A stretch of DNA of 64,000 bases from a virus (taxonomy: Duplodnaviria; Caudoviricetes). The number at the start of each line of letters is the position of its first letter. Within the stretch, counting starts at the first letter, position 1. Below are positions 1 through 10,856 of this stretch, one piece after another. The notes under the pieces are model-generated. The model worked only from the letters and a program-made list of their open reading frames with translations. It was not told the DNA's origin and ran no database searches. Both the position numbers and the translations under genes were made by a program. The stretch is taken from positions 489-64,488 of the IMG/VR virus record IMGVR_UViG_3300036823_000091, one strand, 5' to 3'.

Positions 1-500
1 GTAGATTCAAAAATAATAGGCAATATAGCTTGTACTGTATCCTGAAGCCACAAATCTACATACAAGAGATCATTTGCGCCAAATGTGATAGCAGACATGC
101 TGGTAGCAGTAAATGCATAGGCTGTCTTTGTATTGGCAGTGACGCTTTTTGAGATTGTCCCTATAGATGTGTATACGCCGCTAGAATATCGGAAGAAGCG
201 AATAGTAAGGGTAGAGGTATTGTCTCCGGTGAACGTGACTGTTGCACTCCAGTTTCCAGCAGCATACGTTCCTGATCCTGGCTTGTCATAAACCCAACCT
301 TTTCCGGTAGGCGTTGCAGGAATCGCAGTGACGGTTGCTTCCGTTCCGCCTTGAGACAAGATTTCAGAAAAATTATTTGTCCCTGTAAGCGTGGTTGTTT
401 TCGATGTCTCTGTGCCGCCTGTTGCATTCAAGGACATCTTACTAGCTGTGGCTAATGTGCCATCTAAGACTGATGAGCCTCTAATTGTCTGTGTTGCCAT
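1..500 (-). CDS. Putative tail fibre/virion protein, runs off the left edge
   Basis: ATG at 500 after RBS AAGGAGG. Open frame to the window edge (MATQTIRGSSVLDGTLATASKMSLNATGG...), Thr/Gly/Ser-rich, downstream of tail genes. Confidence 0.6.
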   Translation of the reverse strand, partial: MATQTIRGSSVLDGTLATASKMSLNATGGTETSKTTTLTGTNNFSEILSQGGTEATVTAIPATPTGKGWVYDKPGSGTYAAGNWSATVTFTGDNTSTLTIRFFRYSSGVYTSIGTISKSVTANTKTAYAFTATSMSAITFGANDLLYVDLWLQDTVQAILPIIFES

Positions 501-540
501 TCTTTCTCACCTCCTTTCCTTGTACATTTGATGCATATGA

Positions 541-1095
541 TTAGGATAAGTTCAAACCAACAACAGAATGACTAATATTATGCAGAGGCGCTATACCGTC
601 CCTCCATGTGCCAAAGTCATATATAGATGTTTTATAGGCAATGAGACCCAAGACTCGATCCCATATGTAACAATGGCATAATCCCGTTTCTTTATCCCCA
701 ACTGCTCCTACAATCTGGCATTCAAAAGTATCTGCACTCTGTCCCATAAATCTATCCAGGGTCTTGATTTTCATCTGGAAGACACAGCCACGCTCTTTCA
801 CGGGAATTACAGCACTCCCTATCTTGCCGTCTATTCTCTGATGGATAGGGCTACCTTTCTCAATACGGGTATGGTGATATAGTTCTTTAGGAAAGTGCAA
901 CCATACCTCTTTGACTTTATTGATATCCCCTGTTGATATTAAGTCAAGAGTCCAATCTATGGGCCTAATGCCATCCCTAACTACCACACCATGCTCTGAT
1001 ACTTTTTTACCCGTAGTAAGAACTACTTCCCACCATGGCCGTTGTGGATTAATAACATTGCCCATGGTGGCTAAACTTGTTTGAAATTTTCCCAT
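541..1095 (-). CDS. Hypothetical protein
   Basis: Long ORF in the tail operon, GGAGG RBS before ATG at 1095. Confidence 0.6.
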   Translation of the reverse strand: MGKFQTSLATMGNVINPQRPWWEVVLTTGKKVSEHGVVVRDGIRPIDWTLDLISTGDINKVKEVWLHFPKELYHHTRIEKGSPIHQRIDGKIGSAVIPVKERGCVFQMKIKTLDRFMGQSADTFECQIVGAVGDKETGLCHCYIWDRVLGLIAYKTSIYDFGTWRDGIAPLHNISHSVVGLNLS

Positions 1096-1146
1096 TGGAA
1101 CCTCCAAAGAGGCAAGAAGAAAGCCTGCCTCTTGTGCGTGTATTAA

Positions 1147-1929
1147 TCAAGAAAATGCATATTGGAATGAGATAACAGGTGTGATTGCGCTGCCTGTGCT
1201 CATGTTGATGCCCATAAACAAAGCCATTGTCCAATACCACGTGTTAGCAGTAGTTGCTGCTGGAGTCGCAGTACAAAGTATGTATTGTGTCCATCCTTGC
1301 GCAGACTGCCAAGTTGACAACCATGCTGCACTTCCAGGTGATACTGCTCCTGCTGTTCCTGATGTAACTGCCAACGTTGAACCAGCCGCTCCTGCTGCCG
1401 GGGCTTGTGATGAACCATTGCCATAAGCATTAATCTTGAGGTAGCTTGTAGAGCTAGTGTCCGTTGCATGTCCGTTGACAATGGGACTACCCGCTTGGCC
1501 TCCAGGTTGTGTTCCTGCACTAGGAGTTGTGTGCGTGTTATCTCCAAATGCTGAGAATTGAGGAGCTGCCGCAAACGTTCCTAAATTATCCCAACTCCAT
1601 TGCAAAACATTAGAATTGGTTTTGCTTCCATCATAGGTAGCAACCTTCAAACCGGTTGTGTCTGCTGTAAACGCCCACAATTCAGGGACAGCAGCCGTGC
1701 CTGCACTTGGTCTAGTGGTGTAAGGCCAGTTTGCAGATGCTATAGCTGCACCTCCTGCACTTGCAGGACACCAACGAAGCTCATTAGCCCCACTAGAGCC
1801 ACCAAATGCAAGCGCCGTGTTTGTAAACGTCGGTGATGCATCTGTATTAGTGTTGTACTTGGTATTGATCGTAGTGAAATCAGAAATCGTCTTTTGCCTT
1901 TCCTCTACATAATTGCGTTTTATACTCAT
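1147..1929 (-). CDS. Putative virion/tail accessory protein
   Basis: 260-aa ORF rich in Ala/Gly/Thr/Trp, located in the tail module. Start uncertain. Confidence 0.55.
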   Translation of the reverse strand: MSIKRNYVEERQKTISDFTTINTKYNTNTDASPTFTNTALAFGGSSGANELRWCPASAGGAAIASANWPYTTRPSAGTAAVPELWAFTADTTGLKVATYDGSKTNSNVLQWSWDNLGTFAAAPQFSAFGDNTHTTPSAGTQPGGQAGSPIVNGHATDTSSTSYLKINAYGNGSSQAPAAGAAGSTLAVTSGTAGAVSPGSAAWLSTWQSAQGWTQYILCTATPAATTANTWYWTMALFMGINMSTGSAITPVISFQYAFS

Positions 1930-1957
1930 ATGTAGGCTTCAAGCTGACTGCTAACAT

Positions 1958-2167
1958 CTAATCAGTCTTGATAATATTGATAATTGCCATTGCAATGACG
2001 TTAACCGATGGATTCACACCTTGCGTTGCTTGCAAATCCGGTGCTTGTGGATTTGTCCATAACCACACAAGAAAGTCTGGTTCAGTATCTACAAGCTTAG
2101 TGCCGATATAACTGCTCATAGTATCTTTATCGCTCTGTGAGTTCTTTGTGACATATACGTAATTCAT
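1958..2167 (-). CDS. Hypothetical protein
   Basis: AAAGGA RBS, co-oriented with the operon. Confidence 0.5.
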   Translation of the reverse strand: MNYVYVTKNSQSDKDTMSSYIGTKLVDTEPDFLVWLWTNPQAPDLQATQGVNPSVNVIAMAIINIIKTD

Positions 2168-2182
2168 CTGAAATTATCCTTT

Positions 2183-5100
2183 CTAATCAAATACACTTGC
2201 CAGAAGTTTTGACCAGGACCCGGAATTCGGCCCACTTTCGCACGTGATAAGGCTTGTGTAAATTTGTGTTGGATTTCCGCTAGATGCATCTATTGTTGTC
2301 TGTTGTGTAACATCTATCTCAGTGATGAGCATCAATGCATCATTCAAGCTTGTCTCTGGATTGAATACAGGAATTGATTGTCCTATAGCTAAACCTGTTC
2401 GTAGCGTGTTGAATTGTATTTCATTGCCAATTACACCAAATCTCTGGAGAAGGTCATTCGCCATAAATGTGGCTGCTGAGATATTGAGGTTTTGGCTGCT
2501 CACGTCCTCCACCTCCTCAACAATGCCTGTACCTCCTGAGATAGCAGCAAATTGAGCTTGTGAAGTCGTGTTAGGGAATTGTCCGGTATTGTCAACTACA
2601 ACGCTTGTAGAGAACTGATAGACGTAATCAGGGAAAAACAATTCATCAGTATTTTGCAAGATTGCTCCACTGCTATCTTGATCAATTGCGGCACTATTAG
2701 GAGTCCAGTAAAAATCCTTGCCTGTATCTACACCTTTCACGCCTACGATTTGCAGTTGATTGTTTAGATAGATCGTTGGTTCTTCTACTAATATTCCACC
2801 TAATGTCCACGATTGTGTTGTACCATCACCTGCCTTTTTTTCTGTATCCGTTCCTGTTGCAATGACTCCTGTGATTATTTGTCTGTTTCTATAGAGATCA
2901 CCGCTATTCTTGAGATATAAGCCACTTACCATGATATCTTTATCGGTGAGTATCCAAGGTGCTGGATTTGCTTGATAGAGAGCAAAGATCATATTGAGAT
3001 TGTTATCTATCTTCCAATAGGTATTACTCTTTTTAGACAAATCATCCATATTTGCTGAAATGTAGGTATAGAGATAAGAGGCAGTAGGTATTAATGACCC
3101 TAGTGCGATGTTGGGATGCAATGCAGCCATAACAAGATCAGTAAGAGCAGGTGTTGCAGTAGGATCGGTGCTCGTTAGGGTAACTCTTGTAAAGGAGTTG
3201 ACTCCAGATAAGCTTTGTCCTTGTGGCTGCACTCTGAAGTTATAGAAGTGAGCTGAGCCCGTGACATTGATCAAGCCAGTTTTACCTGCAGCCGTGATTG
3301 AGCTATCTGTTGCTGAGAGCACGCTGTTACCATCAAAGTAGACCGTGATAGCATTGCCGATCATCGTAGCTCTAGCGCGGTATGGAGTCCCTCTTGTAAA
3401 GCCAATAGCTGTACTTGACCCAAGTTGAGTCTTGACGTTGCTTACAATCTTAAACAGCTTCAGAACATTGGTAGAACCTGCACTGGATGCGCTATCGAAA
3501 ATATCTAGCTCATAGAAGTTGCTTGCATCCTGCTCTCTCCAGACAAGTCCAGCTTGATCGGCTCTATCACTGTCAATAATGAGATCAACATCCTTGGGGG
3601 AAGCAGACGGTTGACTTGTTAATGGTCCCACGCTATAGAAAGTAGAAGGGGAAGACTGACTGTTGTATTCAGTGCCGATCCACCCTGCAGTCCTCACTGA
3701 ATTGGAATAATGCACCTCATCGATATCACCTTGAAAAAAGCCAGTAATCCAAGCTTTCCCGCCTATCCTGAGAGGATGAGTTACTGCCTGTGGAGCAACC
3801 GATGATTGAGAGGAGTCCTGTGCACCGTTAATGTACATAATAACAGTACTTGAGCTATACGTAACGGCTATGTGAGTCCAAGTGTTTAGTGGTATAGTTG
3901 CGGTTGAAAACTTGTCTTGAGATCCTGCAGGCCACCACCATAATCTACCCGTCGTATCAATACCGATAATATATCCGTTTGTGCCTCCATCCTCATTTCT
4001 GTCTATAATCGTTGCTCCATAAGATCCAAATGCGCTAGCAAAAGATGCTTGGTTAAATGCACTTGGATTAATCCAGAAGCTATATGTAAGAGTAGAAACT
4101 GTATTTAAGTTAGAAGCATTGGGAATATTTACATAATCACTTGAGCCATTATATGAGAGAGATTTACCTATTTGTCCACTAGTTGATAGGAGGTTGGTAT
4201 TCTGTTGTGCAGTTCCGTCATTTGCATTAGATGTGCTGTCATTTACTGAAGTAGAAGCTGCATTATCATAAGAGTGCATAACGAGCTTGAAGTTACTGTC
4301 CCATACACCTGTAATAAATTCCTGAGATGTAGATATTGAAGGGTTGCCAACATACATATAGAACACGGTATCAACTGTATGAGAAACAGTAGCTACTGAT
4401 ACCCACATTGCAATTTCACCAATGACAGGATCATAGTATTCAATCTCGAAAAAGAGTGCTCCTGTCTCTGTGCTATCGCTGAATATGATGTCGTATCCGT
4501 GAATATTTTGTACTAATCCTCTATTTGAGACATGAGCAAGATTAGGATCAATGATATGTACAAGAACAGGAAAACTTGAAAGGTCTGCTCCTCCAACAAC
4601 TTTTGTATGGTCGATTGTGAGCTTATACTTGTATGAGTATCCGGTGTTGTACCAAACTGGATTAGAAAGCTGCATGTCACTAGAGCCACCTGAGACATCT
4701 AGTCGTGAGCTAGCCGTGTTCCATGTCCAGGTGCCTGCCGATCCTCCAGTTTTGTTGAGATGGGTATAGTTGAGATGAGTATCAACTGCAAAGCTATCCA
4801 AGGATGCAAGAGGCTGTGAGGTGAGCCCAGCTATTGCTCCTCCATTGTTGACGTTTGTCCAGCTTGTTGAACCGTTTGGGCTTGTAGCGACTACAACCGA
4901 CGTGTTGGGAGGCGTAATTGCCTCCCAATTCACGACGGAAGAGCCGCATACAAGTGCAGGAGACAAGGAGAGAGCAGGAGAAATACGCGTTCCAGTTGAG
5001 CTAAATCCGCCTAAAACATAGAGTGTCATATCTTGGATTTGAGGCAAGACAGTAGATGTATTGCAGCTAAAGAGCATTTGAAGCAGGAGATTAACACCGG

Positions 5101-7453
5101 AAAGAGACTGCCCAGGTGTAAGGTTTGGCAGAGGCCCTCCATTGGTGCAAAGTTGCCATGTGCTCCCGCCATTGACACTTGCCCAAAAATTGTTTGCTAC
5201 CTGTGTTGTGTCAGTTGAGACATCATCCCATTGGATTACAGAATTAAGATAGGTTCCTGCTCCTGATAGGGATATTGATTGTGATGTCCAATTGCTCCCA
5301 GAAGAGAGATTCGTTGTGGAGATCCCAAAATTATCAAATGTGCCAATATATCCATCTGTTGTAGAAGTATTCGAGATCCGAACGCCCACATTGCCTGCCG
5401 CTCCATAGGTTGCATCCGTAATCTGAAATGCAAGAGTATCATCAAAATATATATTGTGACTTGATCCAACTACAACAATCTTAATATGATGCATTGCTTG
5501 TGATGTGAGCCCTACTGTTGCAGTACCTATTTGCGTTGGTGAAAAGTTACTTGAAGCCCCTGCATTATTTGAGCCTCTAAAGAGCTTAATAGATGTCCCA
5601 ATGATCTCTAGAGCATAAGCAAACGTGCCATCATAGTTTGACCATCCTGTTGTCCTGTATACACTTCCAACCTTCATGAGAGTATTGTCAACTGCTACGT
5701 CGTATTCCTTTTGGAAGTCGCCCCACGTTCCAGCGAAATCCATTCTAGAACGACCTTCTGTGCTTTGATGGACTTCCATCCTGAGTTGTCTGGAGTCTAC
5801 ATACTGCCAGCAGCTATTCGCGTTATTTGGTCCCGTCGCACCTCCTCCAAAGAGCGTTTGTCCAGCGATGGCCCCGCTGATGCTGCCGCTATCCCAATTT
5901 CTTACAGCCCCAAATGGCGCAATAGTGTTACTTGCTGCTTGTGCGTTTGTAAATGAACCACCATTCCATTGTGCAGTAGTAGTATATTCTGCATTTATAT
6001 CGCTTTTTGTAGCATTATACGATGGCTGCATAACCATCTCTACAGAATTGAGCATTGGCTGCTGTGTTGGATCGGCTCCTGCACCTTGCGTAAACGATTG
6101 AAGAAATTGAATAGTTTTACCAGATAAGGACTGTCCAGCTAGCAAGGCAGGCAGTGACGTGTTATTTATGCATGGGGTGTAGCTATTTCCTCCATCAATG
6201 GAGTACTGTGTTGAAAAGCTATAACCTGTTGGAAGTGTTGTCTGATAGGTAAGAAAAGAGCTTTTGAGTATATTGACAGGACTAATATTATATCCTGGAG
6301 ATACGCGATTTGCCGATGAACAATCATAGGTATTCACGATTGTCACGGGCGTATCATTGTATCCCTGCCTATACATCTGTTGTGGAAGATTTGAACCGAA
6401 TGGTCCTCCGCTAAAGAACGTGCCGTGATTTGTACCGCCACTATCGAGCCACACTACATTTTTTGCGTACCCTGTATAGGTACCTGATGAATCGCCTTCT
6501 ATGGCGAACATCGCGTATACAATTGTTTTACCAGCAAAGGTGTCCATCAGAAATGATCGGTGATACCACTGATCCGTTGCATATCCTTTTAAGTCCGTTC
6601 CTGGATGAGGACTTTTGTTTTGTGCATCAAAATACTGTCCATTATTAGATACTGCATTATCTCGTAAAGTTGATCCATCACTAAATACAAGGTCTAGAGC
6701 GATTTTTGCTTCTGGGCTAGAAGAAGATATCCATAGGTCATAAGTGAAGTATCTGCCTGAAACGACTGTTATTGAGCCAGTCCAAAACTTGATATAGGAG
6801 TAGCTATTCGTAACGGCTGCGATACTTTGCGTTGCCTGTATCTTCATAGCGGCAGTTGCACTAGGTCCTAGAGCACTTCCCGTAGTAGCCATATTCGTAA
6901 GCGTGCCTTGACTAAAGGTAGATGCGCTATTTTCAAAGATCGTTATGCCATTTCCAGCAGCCGCTAATTCAAGGTCTCCTCCATTGTTACTTGTGGCAGC
7001 CGTACCTGAGAGTGTTCCCTGTGCAAAATTTGCTTGTGTATTATCTTCATCAATTGCATAATTTGCTGTTACACCTTCTAGCGCAAGAACATCATTTATC
7101 ATTCCTGCTACGACTACACCAGCGTATTGATTTGTATATGTTTTATTGGTTGTCCTCTTTAAAGCAATGAAATGATTATCTATGCATACTATTTGGTGAT
7201 AGCGTACTGAAGAAGCGCCAGGAGCTTTTATAATCTCTGAAGTGTTCACATATCCTTTGAAGAGTGTCCCCAGCAATGTATCAGTAAGAGTTACTTGTTG
7301 ACCTTTGCTGAATATCCATGCACTATTTACATCAAGGACAGTGAGATCTAGCTCAGATGACTCATCAATCTTTGTGGAGAGCTTGAAGCTGCCATCATTC
7401 AATATGGGATAGGGGACTCCTGCAATAGTGAGAGTGAGAGTTGTGACCGCCAT
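2183..7453 (-). CDS. Large tail hub/receptor-binding protein with DUF2341-like and LamG/concanavalin-like domains
   Basis: 1756 aa directly after the tape measure. Hub-like N and C termini, DUF2341-like segment (FPVLV..DIIF..WV..FYMYVGNP), LamG segment (WTHIAVTY..MYING..IGG..FQGDIDEV). Confidence 0.75.
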   Translation of the reverse strand: MAVTTLTLTIAGVPYPILNDGSFKLSTKIDESSELDLTVLDVNSAWIFSKGQQVTLTDTLLGTLFKGYVNTSEIIKAPGASSVRYHQIVCIDNHFIALKRTTNKTYTNQYAGVVVAGMINDVLALEGVTANYAIDEDNTQANFAQGTLSGTAATSNNGGDLELAAAGNGITIFENSASTFSQGTLTNMATTGSALGPSATAAMKIQATQSIAAVTNSYSYIKFWTGSITVVSGRYFTYDLWISSSSPEAKIALDLVFSDGSTLRDNAVSNNGQYFDAQNKSPHPGTDLKGYATDQWYHRSFLMDTFAGKTIVYAMFAIEGDSSGTYTGYAKNVVWLDSGGTNHGTFFSGGPFGSNLPQQMYRQGYNDTPVTIVNTYDCSSANRVSPGYNISPVNILKSSFLTYQTTLPTGYSFSTQYSIDGGNSYTPCINNTSLPALLAGQSLSGKTIQFLQSFTQGAGADPTQQPMLNSVEMVMQPSYNATKSDINAEYTTTAQWNGGSFTNAQAASNTIAPFGAVRNWDSGSISGAIAGQTLFGGGATGPNNANSCWQYVDSRQLRMEVHQSTEGRSRMDFAGTWGDFQKEYDVAVDNTLMKVGSVYRTTGWSNYDGTFAYALEIIGTSIKLFRGSNNAGASSNFSPTQIGTATVGLTSQAMHHIKIVVVGSSHNIYFDDTLAFQITDATYGAAGNVGVRISNTSTTDGYIGTFDNFGISTTNLSSGSNWTSQSISLSGAGTYLNSVIQWDDVSTDTTQVANNFWASVNGGSTWQLCTNGGPLPNLTPGQSLSGVNLLLQMLFSCNTSTVLPQIQDMTLYVLGGFSSTGTRISPALSLSPALVCGSSVVNWEAITPPNTSVVVATSPNGSTSWTNVNNGGAIAGLTSQPLASLDSFAVDTHLNYTHLNKTGGSAGTWTWNTASSRLDVSGGSSDMQLSNPVWYNTGYSYKYKLTIDHTKVVGGADLSSFPVLVHIIDPNLAHVSNRGLVQNIHGYDIIFSDSTETGALFFEIEYYDPVIGEIAMWVSVATVSHTVDTVFYMYVGNPSISTSQEFITGVWDSNFKLVMHSYDNAASTSVNDSTSNANDGTAQQNTNLLSTSGQIGKSLSYNGSSDYVNIPNASNLNTVSTLTYSFWINPSAFNQASFASAFGSYGATIIDRNEDGGTNGYIIGIDTTGRLWWWPAGSQDKFSTATIPLNTWTHIAVTYSSSTVIMYINGAQDSSQSSVAPQAVTHPLRIGGKAWITGFFQGDIDEVHYSNSVRTAGWIGTEYNSQSSPSTFYSVGPLTSQPSASPKDVDLIIDSDRADQAGLVWREQDASNFYELDIFDSASSAGSTNVLKLFKIVSNVKTQLGSSTAIGFTRGTPYRARATMIGNAITVYFDGNSVLSATDSSITAAGKTGLINVTGSAHFYNFRVQPQGQSLSGVNSFTRVTLTSTDPTATPALTDLVMAALHPNIALGSLIPTASYLYTYISANMDDLSKKSNTYWKIDNNLNMIFALYQANPAPWILTDKDIMVSGLYLKNSGDLYRNRQIITGVIATGTDTEKKAGDGTTQSWTLGGILVEEPTIYLNNQLQIVGVKGVDTGKDFYWTPNSAAIDQDSSGAILQNTDELFFPDYVYQFSTSVVVDNTGQFPNTTSQAQFAAISGGTGIVEEVEDVSSQNLNISAATFMANDLLQRFGVIGNEIQFNTLRTGLAIGQSIPVFNPETSLNDALMLITEIDVTQQTTIDASSGNPTQIYTSLITCESGPNSGSWSKLLASVFD

Positions 7454-10179
7454 TATTTTCGTACCCCCTTAGCTCGTATTGCATTTGCTATATGAGGGCC
7501 AAGTTTTGAGGTGACTTCCTTACCATCTATGTAAATGTGGTTTTCAATTGGTTGGTTATTGCCATTGCTGTTACCAGCAGCTAGTGCAGCTAGGACTGCA
7601 GCCGATGAGTTTGAGGTACTACTACTTCCTGGATAAGGAAGCTTATTCATAGTAGAGTCGAGCTTGGACATATTCGAGAGAATGCCAGTGCTGATCTGCT
7701 CAGGGATGAGAGACCCTTGTAGCTGGAGATCTCTAAGAGGACCAATCTTAGCTGGAGAATGAGGCAAGTGAGCAGAGATGAAATCAGTAACCGCGCCTAT
7801 TGCACTTCCTACTGCTCCTATAGCTGCTCGTATTCCATTCGCTATACCATTGACAATATTTGATCCTGCATTTGTTGCATCTGTTATAATAGTATTCCAT
7901 AAATTGCTTATCATTCCAGGAAGAGTATTCAAAAATCCCATCACTTTTCCTGGAAGCTGGGAAAACCAGTTGATAACCCCATTTACAAGACCTAGTACCT
8001 GCTGTACTGCATCTACATTTAGTTGTATAAACCAACTAATTAAATTTGATACAAAAGCTACAACAGCCGATACGACTGCTGTCACCATATTCCCTATCCA
8101 TGTGATAATACCGTTTACCATATCCGGTATGATGGAATGTCCTACCAATTGATCATAGAGGCTCACAAAGAAGCCAAGAAACCCTTGGACAAAACCTGAT
8201 ATAAGCCCCCATATAGTGCCAAATACTGTTGTAAACAGCCCTACAACTGCTGTCCATAAACCAACAAAAATGTTATAAAGTCCTTGCAGTATTTGATATA
8301 GAGCAGGGCCTAAATCGCTAAAATTACCTGTTATAAGGTCAATAATGACACGGAGTATCCCGCCTACAAACTGCACTACTCCAGTGAAAAACTGAATAAT
8401 ACCAGCTAAAACAGCAGCTAACCCTGTTATCAGATAAGCAAATCCTTTCGCTAATCCTGTTATAACGCCTGTAAGTGCTGCTATTGCTGTTATGACTACT
8501 ACGCCTACAATTGCTGCTAATGCTTGCCACAAGAGAGAGAGAGATGAGAGAGCAGACCCTAATTGTTGGAACATTGGCAGGAGCTGCCCTTTCCAGACTG
8601 TGTTCACAAGATAATCCCATAGTGGTGTAAAGACAGAAGACAGGAAGCTCCCAAGGTCCTTGAGCATGTTAATCAGACCTTGTAGAGCAGCATTCCCCCC
8701 TAAAGCAGCACCTACAGCAAGGAATGCTGCTTTTAATTGATTGAAATAGATAATAACAAGAGCTATAGCACCGCCAATAAGCAAGAACGGCCAAGCAAAT
8801 AGAAGAAATGCACCAATAGCAGGCAGAGCAGCAATGGTTACGGACACAAGAGCAGCAACTAAGAGACCACCAAGAACACCAGCTAGAACAGCAGCGCCTA
8901 CTTGCAGAGCTTGCATAGCAGCATGATTTTGTTGGAAGAAGGTAACAGCACCTTTCACGAAATTAGCTACATTCGTGATAGCTCCACTTAATGCATTTGT
9001 AGCATTAACCAAGATACCACTAGTTGAAATCCAATTGCCAAATGAGGTAACAATAGGCATAACAGCAGATAGAAGATTACTTACTGCTGGAAGCAAAGCT
9101 GTGCCGATCTTGATACCCATGGTCTCCAGAGTCTCTTGCGCTTGCGATATCTTGAAATTGAAGTCTTGTTGAACGTTTGACCAACCCTGTATAGTGCTGC
9201 CACCCGATTTTACTGAACCAGAAATATTATCAACATTTGCCTTAAATGTAGCTAAGTCTGAGCCTGTCAAGTTCATAATACCTTGCATGCTCTTTGTGCC
9301 ACCGACCATGTTTGAAATAGCTGCAATATAACCAGCACTTCCAACGGGGAACTTTTTGCCTGCAGCATCAGTGATCATTTCTAATGCCGAAGGTAGAGAG
9401 ACTTTCATTTCAGCAGCAACATCTTCAGATTTGAGACCAAGAGCTTTCATAGCATCAGAAGCTTTTGATGTGGGGTTTTCTATTGCCATGATGGTCTGCC
9501 TAAGATAGGTAGAGGCCTGAGAAGCAGGGATAGTTTTCGCGGTCATTGTTGCCATTGCAGCAGATACATCAGTAAGTGAAACACCAGATTTAGCGGCTAT
9601 TGGCTCTACATTTGCCAATGCATGAGCCAAATCTCCCATGTTTGTCTGTCCTGATTTTACTGTTGCAACAAGGGTGTTAACAGCTTGAGATGCAGTAAGA
9701 TTGGAGTCTTTGTAGTTGAGCATGGCCCCCGTAACAGCCTGCGCAGTTACCCCTAGATCCGCATTTCCTACACGAGCCCCCTCCGCTGCATTTTTCAGCA
9801 CGTCAAGGCCCGTTTTACCGTGAAAGCCTGCACTTTCTATCATGTACATCCCGTCAGTGAGTTGCTTTGTGGATGTACCTGTTTGTATGGCTAAATCGAG
9901 AATACCATTGGAAACCATCTTGATATTGCTAGCTGACTCTCCTGCTCCTGTTACAAGAGTTGTCATGCCTTGTTGGAAATCACCAGCCATCTTGGTAGCA
10001 GCAATACCTCCTGCAATAGCAGCACCCGCTACAGCAGTAAAGGCAACAGCAGTAGCGCCAAGGATTTTGCTGCCTGTCCCGCCTAGATCGGCTATATTGC
10101 TCTTTGCTTGATTTACGCCGCTTTGCAGTCCACTCACATTTGCTGTGAAGTTGACCACCATTGTACCAAGAACGCCCAA
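7453..10179 (-). CDS. Tape measure protein (TP901-type core)
   Basis: Ala/Gly-rich helical protein with Trp/Phe-spaced repeats and a C-terminal LPHSPAKIGPL motif. Probable TTG start at 10179 after GGAG. Confidence 0.9.
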   Translation of the reverse strand: MGVLGTMVVNFTANVSGLQSGVNQAKSNIADLGGTGSKILGATAVAFTAVAGAAIAGGIAATKMAGDFQQGMTTLVTGAGESASNIKMVSNGILDLAIQTGTSTKQLTDGMYMIESAGFHGKTGLDVLKNAAEGARVGNADLGVTAQAVTGAMLNYKDSNLTASQAVNTLVATVKSGQTNMGDLAHALANVEPIAAKSGVSLTDVSAAMATMTAKTIPASQASTYLRQTIMAIENPTSKASDAMKALGLKSEDVAAEMKVSLPSALEMITDAAGKKFPVGSAGYIAAISNMVGGTKSMQGIMNLTGSDLATFKANVDNISGSVKSGGSTIQGWSNVQQDFNFKISQAQETLETMGIKIGTALLPAVSNLLSAVMPIVTSFGNWISTSGILVNATNALSGAITNVANFVKGAVTFFQQNHAAMQALQVGAAVLAGVLGGLLVAALVSVTIAALPAIGAFLLFAWPFLLIGGAIALVIIYFNQLKAAFLAVGAALGGNAALQGLINMLKDLGSFLSSVFTPLWDYLVNTVWKGQLLPMFQQLGSALSSLSLLWQALAAIVGVVVITAIAALTGVITGLAKGFAYLITGLAAVLAGIIQFFTGVVQFVGGILRVIIDLITGNFSDLGPALYQILQGLYNIFVGLWTAVVGLFTTVFGTIWGLISGFVQGFLGFFVSLYDQLVGHSIIPDMVNGIITWIGNMVTAVVSAVVAFVSNLISWFIQLNVDAVQQVLGLVNGVINWFSQLPGKVMGFLNTLPGMISNLWNTIITDATNAGSNIVNGIANGIRAAIGAVGSAIGAVTDFISAHLPHSPAKIGPLRDLQLQGSLIPEQISTGILSNMSKLDSTMNKLPYPGSSSTSNSSAAVLAALAAGNSNGNNQPIENHIYIDGKEVTSKLGPHIANAIRAKGVRK

Positions 10180-10194
10180 AGTGATTACTCCAAC

Positions 10195-10256
10195 AAAAAA
10201 GGTGCTCTCTCCAGAACTATCCAGAGAAAACACCTGATGCTTTAAGCATGGTCTAA
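10195..10256 (-). terminator. Intrinsic terminator preceded by the AGAY-stem-loop-CRGG motif (copy C)
   Basis: TTAGAC C ATGC-TTAAA-GCAT CAGGTGTTTTCTC...GAGAGAGCACC TTTTTT. Confidence 0.7.
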
Positions 10257-10263
10257 GTGTTAA

Positions 10264-10814
10264 TTATTTCTTCTTTGCATCCTCTATAGCTTTTTCTTCA
10301 TCTTCTTGCACTATAGTGTAGAATGCTATCCACTCATTGAATTTTGTGTTACCTATCTCCTTTAGCATTTTGTCAGGATCTACGCGCTTCATGTCTTTTG
10401 CTAAGCGGAAAGAGAACCTTCTACGATCGTCGGATCTGAGTCTTTTTTTTCTTCTTCAAGCTTTATATTGAGTCCACTCTGCTTGATCGCTTGTGTTGCT
10501 ATTGCTACAAGCGGCCTAACGTTCTTGGCTAGCAATGGCTGCAAGAAACCGTTGCTCCAAATCGGTCCTCCATCAGGATCATCCGCATTCCTTACACTGG
10601 CAATAAGCATTTTCGCCATAAGCTTTTTCTGATCGGTGTTGCCATCCTTATCACTACAGCTATTCAGAATATTTCCTGCTGTATCGGCATCCAATTCTCG
10701 AACGACCAAGTGAACGCCTTTTCCTTGTAGTGTCTTGGGTAAGCTGCTCTCTGGAATTGGAGATTCCTCCAGAACGTCATCCATCCAAAGTGTTCTAATT
10801 TTATCGGTGTCCAT
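10264..10814 (-). CDS. Tail assembly chaperone G/GT with programmed -1 frameshift
   Basis: G frame is 10401-10814. Slippery GAA AAA AAA G at about 10442-10451. The -1 frame is open to 10264 and encodes a T-like ..KFNEWIAFY.. segment. Confidence 0.85.
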
Positions 10815-10856
10815 TGATATCTCCCTACATTTAATTTCGATCATGATCAATAATTG

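Noticed and set aside
161-427. 88-aa ORF from the track
   Set aside because: It lies in an alternative frame inside the longer RBS-supported ORF that starts at 500.
2183-7453. Diversity-generating retroelement acting on the tail protein
   Set aside because: I saw no reverse transcriptase and no adenine-variant repeat pair in the window.
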